DNA from: Pseudomonadota bacterium
GTDB lineage: Bacteria > Desulfobacterota > Desulfobacteria > Desulfobacterales > RPRI01
Direction: 5' to 3'
Assembly (NCBI GenBank): GCA_043825875.1
Contig: JBDRRF010000021.1
Location: 1 to 30,142 of the forward strand
DNA: 30,142 nt
The first letter of the stretch is position 1. Each line of letters begins with the position of its first letter. Under the pieces are notes generated by a model. That model made no database searches. It saw only the letters and a list, made by a program, of their open reading frames with translations, and was not told the DNA's origin. Made by a program: the position numbers and the translations under genes. Shown piece by piece: positions 10,001 through 18,369 of the stretch.

Positions 10001-10084
10001 TTCAATTTGCATAAGCTGGTCAATCATTGACCGCCAGTCAAACCCGCTCGAAAGACCTGATATTAGGTTGGTACTTAAAGCCAT
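7007..10084 (-). CDS. fliD: flagellar filament cap protein FliD, unusually long (1025 aa)
   Basis: N-terminal ISGLSSGFDWRSMIDQLMQIE; ADASITLDGVTVTRSDNTIDDIVSGVTLNL; C-terminal RFVAMETALAKIQSQSDWL. Confidence 0.95.
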   Translation of the reverse strand: MALSTNLISGLSSGFDWRSMIDQLMQIEHARVDLVTDKKTETESKLTEWQSLNSKLLSLKTAVGTLKDTDDFNIFKASMTTNSSTVEASDLLNVSTSDTASIGSYSLKINNLAAAQKLSSGSFASISDELGSDYSGDILINGTVINIAATDTLADVSDKINNANSGSNPTGVTASIISYGTADHRMILTSDTTGASGIGLQNAGASDILYGLGFLDASRTAKNHLTGGDQTDGFSSTSISIKSLLNLSTTQTSSAGEIIINGMSIGDIDLSTDTLSSLRTKFAAAGLTASITSETENDNTYYRLMVEGAANTYTDKNNILETLGIIKGGVSDESGATGDIENTSGGAVIASDTLIKDIDGYTGYLNTDYIHLEGTDTNNNPVTDDTLIINDTTTIEELLTKIESVFGDVTASINGDGELMVVDNTSGASYLDITIGVKDSGGADDNTLKFDTDGILDTTARKREIVAGADASITLDGVTVTRSDNTIDDIVSGVTLNLQKADAETTVSLNISRDTDAIISNISGFVSSYNSISSYIQSQISYDDTTQETGGILFGDGTLISVKSDLTSILTQSIWGVSYDYSTMGLVGINVDNDGKLNIDNAKLSGYLKSNFNDVKKLFTASSEASVGTIKYLEHSNDTNYGDYEVNIDTAAAQSTSDASDNTSLSGDETLTITEGSGVAVVGLTSSMTMPQMVNAVNSELTTVYTQILSGSEQLYADSGQAAAINPTTKWDSIYNSTGDYANLVNGDVISFSGIARNGVEINGSYTISDIATDSVQELLSSIETAFGNNVTANISSSGQILITDSDSGASNVSLTFDFTSAHDLDFGTALTTNTGGQAGRYAMDITASVDAGNHMVLTHNNYGTGNAFTISQVNNLLWTGGDQTVDNGVDVAGTINGETATGTGQILRGDSGEANIDGLAIRYTGTTTGEIGNIKLTLGAAELFDRKLFDITDKYEGYVGYKQESLKNNIESYGIQIDQMEDRLNRKMEMMINRFVAMETALAKIQSQSDWLAGQISASYNGWV

Positions 10085-10115
10085 TTTGCCTCCACTTTAA
10101 TCTGCAATCAAACCA

Positions 10116-10136
10116 GACCGGAAAATAATTCCGGTC
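10116..10136 (-). other. hairpin in the fliD 5' leader
   Basis: GACCGGAA-AATAA-TTCCGGTC, a perfect 8-bp stem between the sigma28 promoter and the fliD RBS. Confidence 0.45.
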
Positions 10137-10146
10137 CATACCTCGT

Positions 10147-10174
10147 TTATCGGAAAAATTTATTCAAAACTTGA
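10147..10174 (-). promoter_or_regulatory. sigma28 (FliA) promoter of the fliD operon
   Basis: Minus strand TCAAGTTT-N12-TCCGATAA versus consensus TAAAGTTT-N11-GCCGATAA. Confidence 0.75.
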
Positions 10175-10214
10175 GCGTTTTGTAGCTTCCCGGATATATA
10201 GCAAAATGTCTGCC

Positions 10215-10255
10215 AAAAAAAATCCCGTTTCCGGGTTTCCGGAAACGGGATTTTT
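10215..10255 (-). terminator. intrinsic terminator of fliC
   Basis: 13-bp perfect stem ATCCCGTTTCCGG-GTTT-CCGGAAACGGGAT followed by T8 on the minus strand (T5 on plus). Confidence 0.85.
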
Positions 10256-10322
10256 CTTTAAACTCCAAGCCACTAAGGTATAATTTTTCATGGCTCTTTT
10301 TATATAACCAATTAAGGCATTA

Positions 10323-11444
10323 TTAACCAAACAATGACAGAACACCCTGAGGAGCCATATTCGCCTGAGCAAGCATTGCTGTACCAGCCTGAAGCAAGAT
10401 CTGGTTCTTGGTAAAAGTCGTCATTTCAGCAGCCATATCCACATCCCGGATTACAGATTCCGCAGCCTGTGTGTTTTCAATTGTGGTTGACAAATTAGCA
10501 GCGGCATAAGAGAGCCTGTTCTGAGCCGCACCAATATCACCTCGCGTGCTGCTAAGCGTTCCGATAGCAGTATCTAAAGTCGCCATGAATGTCTTGGCAT
10601 TAGCGGCTGTAGAGAGCTGATCTGTGCTAAGCCCAAGGGCTGTACTTGTAGCACTGCCCAACAAGACTCCGACCTGGTCGTTTCCTGTATTCTTTGCTCC
10701 AACCTGGAAGTTTGAAGCTGTTGCGGTACTTGAAGTGAGAGTAGTGGTTGCAGTAGCGTCCGTCCAGTTATCATTTAATGTTAATTTCAACCCAAGAGCT
10801 TCAAATGACACATCTTTTGTTGTGCCTGAAGCTGCTTCTGTAACACCAAATACTGTCTGTGAAACATGCTCTCCTGACGCAAAAGTTGCCGAAACAGTAA
10901 TACTGGCTTCTGTTGCTGAAGTTGAAGCTGCTACAATGTTATAAGTTGAAGCTGACACCAATCCTTCTGCTCCGCCTAAACCTGCTGCTGCATTAAAAGT
11001 TCCTCCAGATACACTAACACCAAAAGATCCGTCCAGCAGTTTTGTTCCTGCGTATTCCGTAGAATTGGCAATACGGTCGATTTCATTAACCAGCTTGTTT
11101 CCTTCCGCATTTATTTTGTCCAGGTTTGACCCGGAATTTGCGGATGCCGCCTGGGTTGCCAATTCCTTCAAGCGAGTAAGCATGTTACCGATCTGGTCAA
11201 TCGAACCTTCAGCCACCTGAAGCAGTGAATTGGCTTCCGCTGTGTTTCTGCTCGCCACTTTGTAGCTTGCTATGTCTGCGCGAAACCCCTGAGAAATTGA
11301 AAGCCCCGCTGCATCATCTTTGGCGGAGTTGATACGATAACCTGAAGAAAGTCTTTCAAGAGATTTACTCATTCCGCTATCTGCGATCTGCAGATTCTTG
11401 TGAGCGTTCATTGCCGAGATGTTGTTTTGAATTCTTAAACCCAT
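10323..11444 (-). CDS. fliC: flagellin
   Basis: MGLRIQNNISAMNA...LERLSSGYRINSAKDDAAGL; RGDIGAAQNRL...AAESVIRDVDMAAEMTTFTKNQILLQAGTAMLAQAN; Ser/Thr/Ala-rich central domain. Confidence 0.98.
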   Translation of the reverse strand: MGLRIQNNISAMNAHKNLQIADSGMSKSLERLSSGYRINSAKDDAAGLSISQGFRADIASYKVASRNTAEANSLLQVAEGSIDQIGNMLTRLKELATQAASANSGSNLDKINAEGNKLVNEIDRIANSTEYAGTKLLDGSFGVSVSGGTFNAAAGLGGAEGLVSASTYNIVAASTSATEASITVSATFASGEHVSQTVFGVTEAASGTTKDVSFEALGLKLTLNDNWTDATATTTLTSSTATASNFQVGAKNTGNDQVGVLLGSATSTALGLSTDQLSTAANAKTFMATLDTAIGTLSSTRGDIGAAQNRLSYAAANLSTTIENTQAAESVIRDVDMAAEMTTFTKNQILLQAGTAMLAQANMAPQGVLSLFG

Positions 11445-11450
11445 TTTTTT

Positions 11451-11559
11451 AATCCTCCCTGATTTTGTGTGAATTTTGCCGGTTATTCGGCTGTAAATTT
11501 TTGGGCTTCCCTGCCCAAGGGATTCGATCCTTTCAGCAAATTTTTATTTTCGCCTCCTT
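11451..11559 (-). promoter_or_regulatory. fliC 5' UTR with CsrA-type GGA sites
   Basis: Minus-strand hairpins TTGGGC-AGGGAA-GCCCAA (11501-11518) and AATC-AGGGAG-GATT over the SD (11451-11464), plus AAGGA (11528-11532) and AAGGAGG (11553-11559). Confidence 0.6.
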
Positions 11560-11593
11560 ATTTTTTATTGGATCGTTTCAACCTTTAGCTCTA

Positions 11594-11621
11594 TTATCGG
11601 ATAGAGGATTAGAAAACTTTA
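11594..11621 (-). promoter_or_regulatory. sigma28 (FliA) promoter of fliC
   Basis: Minus strand TAAAGTTT-N12-TCCGATAA. Confidence 0.85.
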
Positions 11622-11655
11622 GAGAAAAAATTCTGTCCCGGCAGAACAGATTGAA

Positions 11656-14600
11656 TTACTGACTGACAGCCGGCAACAAAGAGAGAATTTTTGATGTCTG
11701 AATAGAAAATTTGCTGTTGTGGTTTATGGCTTTTTTGATTTCGTGTAGGATACAGGATATATCCTCAATAGTATTAATGGTTCTGTTCCTGTTCAACTTC
11801 AGCTCTTTAAGAACAAGATCGCACCAGTGTATAAATTCAACTATTCGATTTTGTCTTAGTTCTATTTCACACAAGTATAAAAATGCTTTCAGCGTTTCCT
11901 TGCCCAGATTGCAAACATGCCCGAAAAACAATCTTGCATTCTCAAATTGACCAAGCTGCATGGCTATTTCTCCAAGATTGAGCCATGGTTCAGTTTCCTG
12001 CGGATTGATTTCTATGGCCTTACTGAAGGCTTTCATGGCATGGTCAAGTGAATTTTGTCGTCTAAAGAGGGTGCCGGAATTGCATAATGCTAAATAGTTT
12101 TGACTATCAATTTCCAACATGGCGTCAATAACTTGACTTGCCATTGACAGATCATCCGAATCCAGGGATAAAGAGGCAAGACGGTTCAGTACTATAGTAT
12201 CACGGTTTCCAAGACTAAAAAGTTTGGCCAGACATTTTATTTCATCTGAAAATGATTCGGACTTCTTATTCAACTTGGCTAACATGTACCAGATATCTTG
12301 ATTCTCCGGGGATTCTTCAAGGGCCATATTAAGATAAGTATGAGCATAAACAAGATCAAAAGATCTGTCCATATGAAAGCATCCCGCATTCCACCATACC
12401 TGCCATTTGTCTTCTGCGAGGTCTGCCGCCGCTTGGTAATGTTTCTGCATCTTTGAGATTTCACTAAGGGCATGCCAGGCATGACCTATCAGCAAGTGAA
12501 CGCTTGGAGCTTCGTTCATAGTAGTATTGATAACTATCCCAGCCCTCTCAGGATTCTTCTCAAAGATATCCCTGAGTTCAATAAACCTTGTGCCATGTGT
12601 AAGTACATCTTGCCATTGCCTCCTTTCACCTGCAACCATTGTAAGAGTGAAGTGCGAGTCAAGGTGATCGGGATATTTTCTTATGGCATCCAGTGAATAT
12701 TCTCCGGCTTTATCCAGGTTTCCCATACGGAAGAAGGTAATGGCTGCGTTATGGCGTGACCAGAGATACATGGGGTTGCCATCGTTTTGCCGCTCTGCCA
12801 GATCAATAGCTATGACGGATTCTTTCGCTGCTTCTTCGTCCATTCCTCTTGAAAGATAGGATGTCCCAAGATAATGATGGGGCATGGGATCAGTAGGATT
12901 TTCCTCAATTTGTTTTTTGAGCAGATGGATAGTTCTTAAGAATTTTTCCTGTGCCTTTTTCTCATCAACATCATACCCGTAATGCATTAATTCAATCCTG
13001 GATTCTTTTATTTTAAATGCTCCCTCAACACGATTGTGAACAATTCCTTCGTAATGGATAATTCCATTGTTGCGGAGGATTCTTTCAGAATTATGTCTGG
13101 CAGCCTTTCTGCCGCCACTGTAAGTACTTATAACGTTTGCGTGTATAGCATCAGCAAAGCCGGATTCCCGGACAGCTTGGCGAAGAAGCTCGCCAGAACC
13201 TGCTACGAATTCCTCATCAGCATCTATCGTAAGTATCCAGTCACAGGTGGCATATCCCATTGCCTGGTTTCTAGCTTTGCTGAAGCTTCCTTCCCAGGGA
13301 TGAAAATAGATCTTTTCCGTATACTTCCTTGCTATATCCACAGTACCATCTGTAGAGCCAGTATCGACAATAATTATTTCATCAACATAATCGCAAATAC
13401 TTTTCAAACATTGATCCAGAAATACTTCTTCATTTTTTACAATCATGCAGCATGTTATGGTCGGTTCCTTTATTTCGGTTACCTTTTCTTTTTCAATTTG
13501 TGCAATAAGATCTTTTATTGTTGAATCATCCGGATTGTTAAGTTTCGCCTTTTTAAGATATTCAAGTGCTTTATTATATTTTTTTTGATTATAGAAATAT
13601 ATTCCGGCTGCTCTTAATGCAATAAAAGGTTGAGGAGCACAGGATACGGCTTTATCGAATGCATCATTAGATTCTTCATAAAATTTAAGTTCAAAATAAG
13701 CTATAGCAATTAGAACCTGAATATTCCATTCTTCATTTACCGTACAGGTAACCAGATTGCCGAAATGTTCCGGAGATGTTTTCATTAGTTTAGCTAACTG
13801 TATATATTTTTTTCCATAATCGATAAGTTGAGCCCACTTTTTCAGATCGAAAAAAACAAGTGATAAAATATAATGGGAGTCAATATGATCAGAATATTTT
13901 TTGATGGCCGATTTACTGACTTCTTCTGCCTTTTCTAATTCTTTCAAACGGTAATATGATATGGATGCATTATAATGCGACCAAAGATAAATCATATTCG
14001 TATCTTTTTTTACTTCAGCAAGGCGGATAGCCTCAAGACTATTATTAAGAGACTCTTGATATTTTCCTTCGGACAGATAGGAGCAGCCCAGATAATGATA
14101 AGTCAGGGGATTATCAGGTTTATCTGCCAAATCCATTTTAAGAAGCGATACCGTTCGTTCAAATTTTTTTCTTGATAGGGTTTGGCCCAAATCATAGCCA
14201 TAATGCATGAGACGAATAGGGTACACTTTTGCGTTTGTAATACCTTCCAGCCTGTTATGCACGCGCCCTTCATAATGAATTTGTTTTTTATTGCGAAAAA
14301 CTCTTTCCACACTGTGAACAGCTTCACTCTTTCCTTCGCGTAATTTGCTGATAATCTGTATCATGACTGCATCGATGTTTTTATCATTTATTGCCTTGAG
14401 AATAATAGGAATGTCCTCCTGGACAAGTTTCTCATCGGCATCGATCTGGAATATCCAGTCACCTGTTGCATATTTGAGATAATGATTCCGGGCTTCACTG
14501 AAATTGTCATTCCATAGATGAAAATATATTTTATCAGTATATTTTCCGGCAATTTTAACTGTTCGGTCTGTCGAGCCCGTATCCACCAGGATGATCTCAT

Positions 14601-14742
14601 CTGCAATCGCTTTGATACTGCTTAAGCATTGATCTATATATTTTTCTTCATTTTTTGCGATCAAGCAAACCGAGATCCGTGGTTTTTCTGATTGCTTTAC
14701 AAATGCAACCGTTGATTTATTTTCTTTTTTTCTTTTTTTCAT
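11656..14742 (-). CDS. tandem GT2-TPR/GT2-TPR glycosyltransferase, probable flagellin O-glycosyltransferase
   Basis: Two GT2 domains (ISVCLIAKNEE..VDTGSTD..IDADE and ITCCMIVKNEE..VDTGSTD..IDADE), each followed by HYGY and TPR repeats; adjacent to fliC. Confidence 0.88.
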   Translation of the reverse strand: MKKRKKENKSTVAFVKQSEKPRISVCLIAKNEEKYIDQCLSSIKAIADEIILVDTGSTDRTVKIAGKYTDKIYFHLWNDNFSEARNHYLKYATGDWIFQIDADEKLVQEDIPIILKAINDKNIDAVMIQIISKLREGKSEAVHSVERVFRNKKQIHYEGRVHNRLEGITNAKVYPIRLMHYGYDLGQTLSRKKFERTVSLLKMDLADKPDNPLTYHYLGCSYLSEGKYQESLNNSLEAIRLAEVKKDTNMIYLWSHYNASISYYRLKELEKAEEVSKSAIKKYSDHIDSHYILSLVFFDLKKWAQLIDYGKKYIQLAKLMKTSPEHFGNLVTCTVNEEWNIQVLIAIAYFELKFYEESNDAFDKAVSCAPQPFIALRAAGIYFYNQKKYNKALEYLKKAKLNNPDDSTIKDLIAQIEKEKVTEIKEPTITCCMIVKNEEVFLDQCLKSICDYVDEIIIVDTGSTDGTVDIARKYTEKIYFHPWEGSFSKARNQAMGYATCDWILTIDADEEFVAGSGELLRQAVRESGFADAIHANVISTYSGGRKAARHNSERILRNNGIIHYEGIVHNRVEGAFKIKESRIELMHYGYDVDEKKAQEKFLRTIHLLKKQIEENPTDPMPHHYLGTSYLSRGMDEEAAKESVIAIDLAERQNDGNPMYLWSRHNAAITFFRMGNLDKAGEYSLDAIRKYPDHLDSHFTLTMVAGERRQWQDVLTHGTRFIELRDIFEKNPERAGIVINTTMNEAPSVHLLIGHAWHALSEISKMQKHYQAAADLAEDKWQVWWNAGCFHMDRSFDLVYAHTYLNMALEESPENQDIWYMLAKLNKKSESFSDEIKCLAKLFSLGNRDTIVLNRLASLSLDSDDLSMASQVIDAMLEIDSQNYLALCNSGTLFRRQNSLDHAMKAFSKAIEINPQETEPWLNLGEIAMQLGQFENARLFFGHVCNLGKETLKAFLYLCEIELRQNRIVEFIHWCDLVLKELKLNRNRTINTIEDISCILHEIKKAINHNSKFSIQTSKILSLLPAVSQ

Positions 14743-14798
14743 ACATCACACTCCTAGTGATTAGGATAGATAAAGCTTACCAATCAATACATAAATTC

Positions 14799-15230
14799 TT
14801 ATTGTATAGATACGATCCGCTCTACTTCAGTATTGATTTCTTCGATCAACTCTTTCGCACCGGCATATGAGAAATCAGCCAATAATGTTCTGCCGCAATA
14901 TTTTGCAGCCTGTTCCAGATCTCCTTCTGATTCATAGGTCATCTTAGCGCCATATCTCGTTCTTAAACAGTTTCTTACTTCCTGCATCAACTGTTCTTTA
15001 TCGGAATCTATTAGAGCAGATTGATTAAGCACTTCGAGATGGGGTTAGGCTAAATGACCATGAGGAAAGCTTATCTCTTCTTTGAATAATTTAGGATCTG
15101 CTTCAGACATCAATTGAATATTCCGCTCATCGTAGGAATAATAATTATAGTCTCGGATCAACCTTCTGGTAAATAAGGGTTTCTCGATTTGAATAAATTT
15201 TCCCAGCAAGGCAATTTCTGCAAGGGCTAA
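14799..15230 (-). pseudogene. 5'-truncated remnant of a paralog of the TPR-GT2 gene at 24879..26462
   Basis: The frame of ORF 14799..15032 extends upstream through an in-frame TAA (15045-15047), giving LALAEIALLGKFIQIEKPLFTRRLIRDYNYYSYDERNIQLMSE...TRYGAKMTYE. Manual alignment gives 50/101 identities with residues encoded at 25113-25415. Confidence 0.85.
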
Positions 15231-15258
15231 GGAAAGGCATCCTTTTCCATCAAAGGTA

Positions 15259-16002
15259 CTATTTTACCCTTTTCAGGAAGCCATCCGGGCATGAAGTCAT
15301 GATTAACTTGGAATCATAATATTTATCAATCTTAAAATCAGAGTTTTCTTTCAAATATTCAAGTAGTGCACTTTTGGGGCTATTACCTTTGCACCATGGA
15401 CGATCACCTATCAGACTCTGGTCAGCATCTTCAATATATGTATCAGTAACTATACAATAACTATCTATACTGACTAATGGTGCATAAGCCCTTAATTCCG
15501 ATAAAACATGTTCATGAGTATGGTTACTATCCAAAACGACTAGAATTCTTTGCTTATTTATTGCGAGATCGTGAACTTTTTCAATTATCTCTACATCAAC
15601 ACTTGAACCCTCAATCATGGTAATTCTTTTACTCATCGGATGCGCTAGAATGGCCGTTTTATTGTGTTCTCTGATATCTATGTCAACTCCGATAACATCG
15701 CCTTTTTCAATAGACCCTGAATCCTCTAAGATTCCAAGCATTGAAGCACTAAAAATCAATGAGCCCCCATGAGCTATTCCCGTTTCTATTATAAGATCTG
15801 GCTTTACTTTCCATATTATTTCTTGAAAAGCCTGAATATCTTGTGGAAGCTGAATAATCGGTCTTCCCAACCAAAAAAAGTTATATGTATACTCAGATTT
15901 TGAAGCATGATGCAGAGCATTCGCGAAGGCTTCTTGTAAAAGAGTATCATTTTTATACTTGTTTTCAATTCTTGATTTTAAGTCTTCTTCAAATTGCGTC
16001 AT
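15259..16002 (-). CDS. CmcI / cephalosporin-hydroxylase family SAM-dependent (sugar O-)methyltransferase
   Basis: YTYNFFWLGRPIIQLPQD...KPDLIIETGIAHGGSL...GVDIDIR...LDSNHTHEHVLSEL. Confidence 0.85.
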   Translation of the reverse strand: MTQFEEDLKSRIENKYKNDTLLQEAFANALHHASKSEYTYNFFWLGRPIIQLPQDIQAFQEIIWKVKPDLIIETGIAHGGSLIFSASMLGILEDSGSIEKGDVIGVDIDIREHNKTAILAHPMSKRITMIEGSSVDVEIIEKVHDLAINKQRILVVLDSNHTHEHVLSELRAYAPLVSIDSYCIVTDTYIEDADQSLIGDRPWCKGNSPKSALLEYLKENSDFKIDKYYDSKLIMTSCPDGFLKRVK

Positions 16003-16167
16003 AAAATATTCCTTGACTGTGTTTAATACTCAAACCTCTACCACCAGACCTTTGAATTCCATTTCAGAAGTGGCGTTGCAGGTTGGACATTGTCTGATAG
16101 GAGTAAATTCTTTTTGCCTGAATCATAAAAACTCACATTGATTAAGGTTTTCAACACAAAGGGAGAG

Positions 16168-17265
16168 CTATTTCGCCACTGCGTAGAGTATTGTATCCGC
16201 ATAATCCTCCATATAGTGCCGCAAAAAGTATTTATAATCCACATTCATATTTTGTATTAATTCCGGGATTTCAAACATATCATCAAACTTATGATACACA
16301 GAAATGGCAAGTATTGGTTTATACATTTTTATAGTTTTTTTTGCCCCAATTAAAGCATCAATTTCAGACCCTTCAATATCCATCTTTAGGAAGGTTGCCT
16401 TTTCCCCTTTTAGAACCGCATCTATAGATAACACTTCAATAATAGATGCCCCTGAATCACTAACTTTTGATATGGCATTACTTGTGTTTGCAAATCTTAG
16501 AGTGGTGTTTTTTGAAAAAACACCAGCGTTAAAGGTCTGTATAGATTTATCTGCTTTTAATGACAGTTGAGCATAATTTGCGCTATCAGGTTCAAAAGCA
16601 TAATATGCTGCGATTTTACCATTTGTAAGCGCAAGACAAGTTTCCAGCGTATCTCCTGTGAAAGCTCCGCAATCAATAAAACAATCGTTTTCCGTAACGT
16701 TATAAATATCAGGCTCGAAATACTGATATTCCTTTGGTCTTACAACTTGAGTTAAATAAGAAGAGTCATGCGTAACAAAATATTTAAGCTTATTTTTGAA
16801 TGTTTTTTTTGATAGATCATCATTGAACAATGAATATGCCTCAACATATTTATTAAAGTTTTTTTCAATTAACGCTATACTATTATCAATTTCATCTGGG
16901 AAATAGAAATGGAAACCAATGGTACTTGTCATATATTCATAAAAATTATTTTCATGACATTGATGGGATATTTCATTAACAGCATAAGGGTTTGATGTAA
17001 TGATAGCGACCTTATCTTCTTTTTCACTGATGAATTGTTCAAATGAAAACACCTCTTTGCCATTGACAGTCACACCTTGTTTTGCAGAATCATTGTCAAC
17101 AAAGAAAGCAATATTTATGCCGTGATATTCCAAATATTCCATTAATCCTTGAGATTGGACACCAGCTGGCATAAGCACAAGGGACTTATTACTATTTTTA
17201 TTACAGAAATCTAAAATACAATTCCTTTTTGCGGACACCAAATTTTGAAACTCACTTAATAACAA
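16168..17265 (-). CDS. FkbM-family methyltransferase with N-terminal Rossmann-like extension
   Basis: FIDCGAFTGD, YAFEPD, FLKMDIEGSEIDALIGA, LAISVYH, YFLRHY. TTG at 17265 has AGGAGG 9 nt upstream, so it is preferred over 17319. Confidence 0.88.
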   Translation of the reverse strand: MLLSEFQNLVSAKRNCILDFCNKNSNKSLVLMPAGVQSQGLMEYLEYHGINIAFFVDNDSAKQGVTVNGKEVFSFEQFISEKEDKVAIITSNPYAVNEISHQCHENNFYEYMTSTIGFHFYFPDEIDNSIALIEKNFNKYVEAYSLFNDDLSKKTFKNKLKYFVTHDSSYLTQVVRPKEYQYFEPDIYNVTENDCFIDCGAFTGDTLETCLALTNGKIAAYYAFEPDSANYAQLSLKADKSIQTFNAGVFSKNTTLRFANTSNAISKVSDSGASIIEVLSIDAVLKGEKATFLKMDIEGSEIDALIGAKKTIKMYKPILAISVYHKFDDMFEIPELIQNMNVDYKYFLRHYMEDYADTILYAVAK

Positions 17266-17302
17266 ACTAAAATTCCTCCTATAAAAAACAACTTTTTCAA
17301 CT

Positions 17303-18328
17303 TTAAATGATATCCCCAAATAACTTTTCTAATAAAAGCAATCTGTCTTGGTCTATATCATCTTGAGGTGCAGTGGCGGCTTTTAACGTTCCACATGTTG
17401 CACAAAGATGATGTTGTTTTCTTTTTCCTGAAAGTTGTACTAACCTGAAGTCCTGATATTCTTTTGAATGCCAAATGTCATTCAATGATTTATTTGCGGT
17501 ATCCCCCAAATTCAAGCTTTCATTCCAATCTGCCAGGCATGGATTTACAATACCTTTTGAATTAACAACCATTGAATAAAAGGGATAGTGACACGCGAGC
17601 CTATCAACAGCCGGTACCCCTTCATATAACCCTCTGTCAAAATCCTCCTTTTGCGTAGGATCGTTAGCTTCAGGTCGAAAGTTCGGCCAAATTGGTAAAA
17701 TTGTTTCGATAGAGAAGAAGGTTGAATTTTCTTTGAATTTTTCGATAAATTCTTGCCGCTTTTCTTGTGTCGGAGTTACTCGATCAATTACTTTTACAAA
17801 GATCTCACAATTTTCTTTTATACTGTTTAGATATTTTATATTTTCATAAATCAATGCGAAACTGATCTTTCTGTTGGTAGTTTTAAGATAATCTTCATCA
17901 TTTAATCCATATAAAGAAATAATGATTCTATCAATTCCGCTTGCAATAATTTCTTTGCTTAGTTCATCATTTAATAAACTTGCATTTGTGACCATGCTGA
18001 TTTTTTTCGCAAAGTTAGACTTTTTGGCATATTTTACGATTTCCGGAAACGCCTTATTAATTAGCGGCTCTCCAACATTATAGAGGTGTAGTACTTTTAC
18101 TTGTTGAGGAAAATTAGCATTGTCGATTATGGTTTTAAACATTTCCAAACTCATAATACTCGCTTTTTCTGTAATAGTCCTGCACGGACAAAAAGTACAT
18201 GCAAAATTACAATAACTGCAAGGTACTATCGTAACCGAAAAAGGTGTATCTAATGGTATTTGCTGGCTTAGTTTCATCCTGTTCACTTCAATTCTTGGTG
18301 CCATTACACCTGATTTTGATGTATTCAT
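17303..18328 (-). CDS. radical SAM protein with SPASM/Twitch auxiliary domain
   Basis: CNFACTFC (CX3CX2C), GEPL, VTNASLL; C-terminal CHYPF...VNSKGIVNPC..DW...LGD...IW...CATC. Confidence 0.9.
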   Translation of the reverse strand: MNTSKSGVMAPRIEVNRMKLSQQIPLDTPFSVTIVPCSYCNFACTFCPCRTITEKASIMSLEMFKTIIDNANFPQQVKVLHLYNVGEPLINKAFPEIVKYAKKSNFAKKISMVTNASLLNDELSKEIIASGIDRIIISLYGLNDEDYLKTTNRKISFALIYENIKYLNSIKENCEIFVKVIDRVTPTQEKRQEFIEKFKENSTFFSIETILPIWPNFRPEANDPTQKEDFDRGLYEGVPAVDRLACHYPFYSMVVNSKGIVNPCLADWNESLNLGDTANKSLNDIWHSKEYQDFRLVQLSGKRKQHHLCATCGTLKAATAPQDDIDQDRLLLLEKLFGDII

Positions 18329-18369
18329 TTGATCACCTTATCCTGAGGTATTACCTCTCTTGTAATAAT

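Noticed and set aside
10160..10372. 70-aa ORF between fliC and fliD
   Set aside because: Overlaps the fliC end, the terminator and the fliD promoter.
11465..11662. 65-aa plus-strand ORF
   Set aside because: Antisense to the fliC promoter and leader.
14799..15032. Standalone 77-aa gene
   Set aside because: It is the post-stop part of the GT2 paralog pseudogene.
15259..16002. Beta-lactam biosynthesis (cephalosporin hydroxylase)
   Set aside because: Family name only; members are common in glycan loci and no beta-lactam genes are present.
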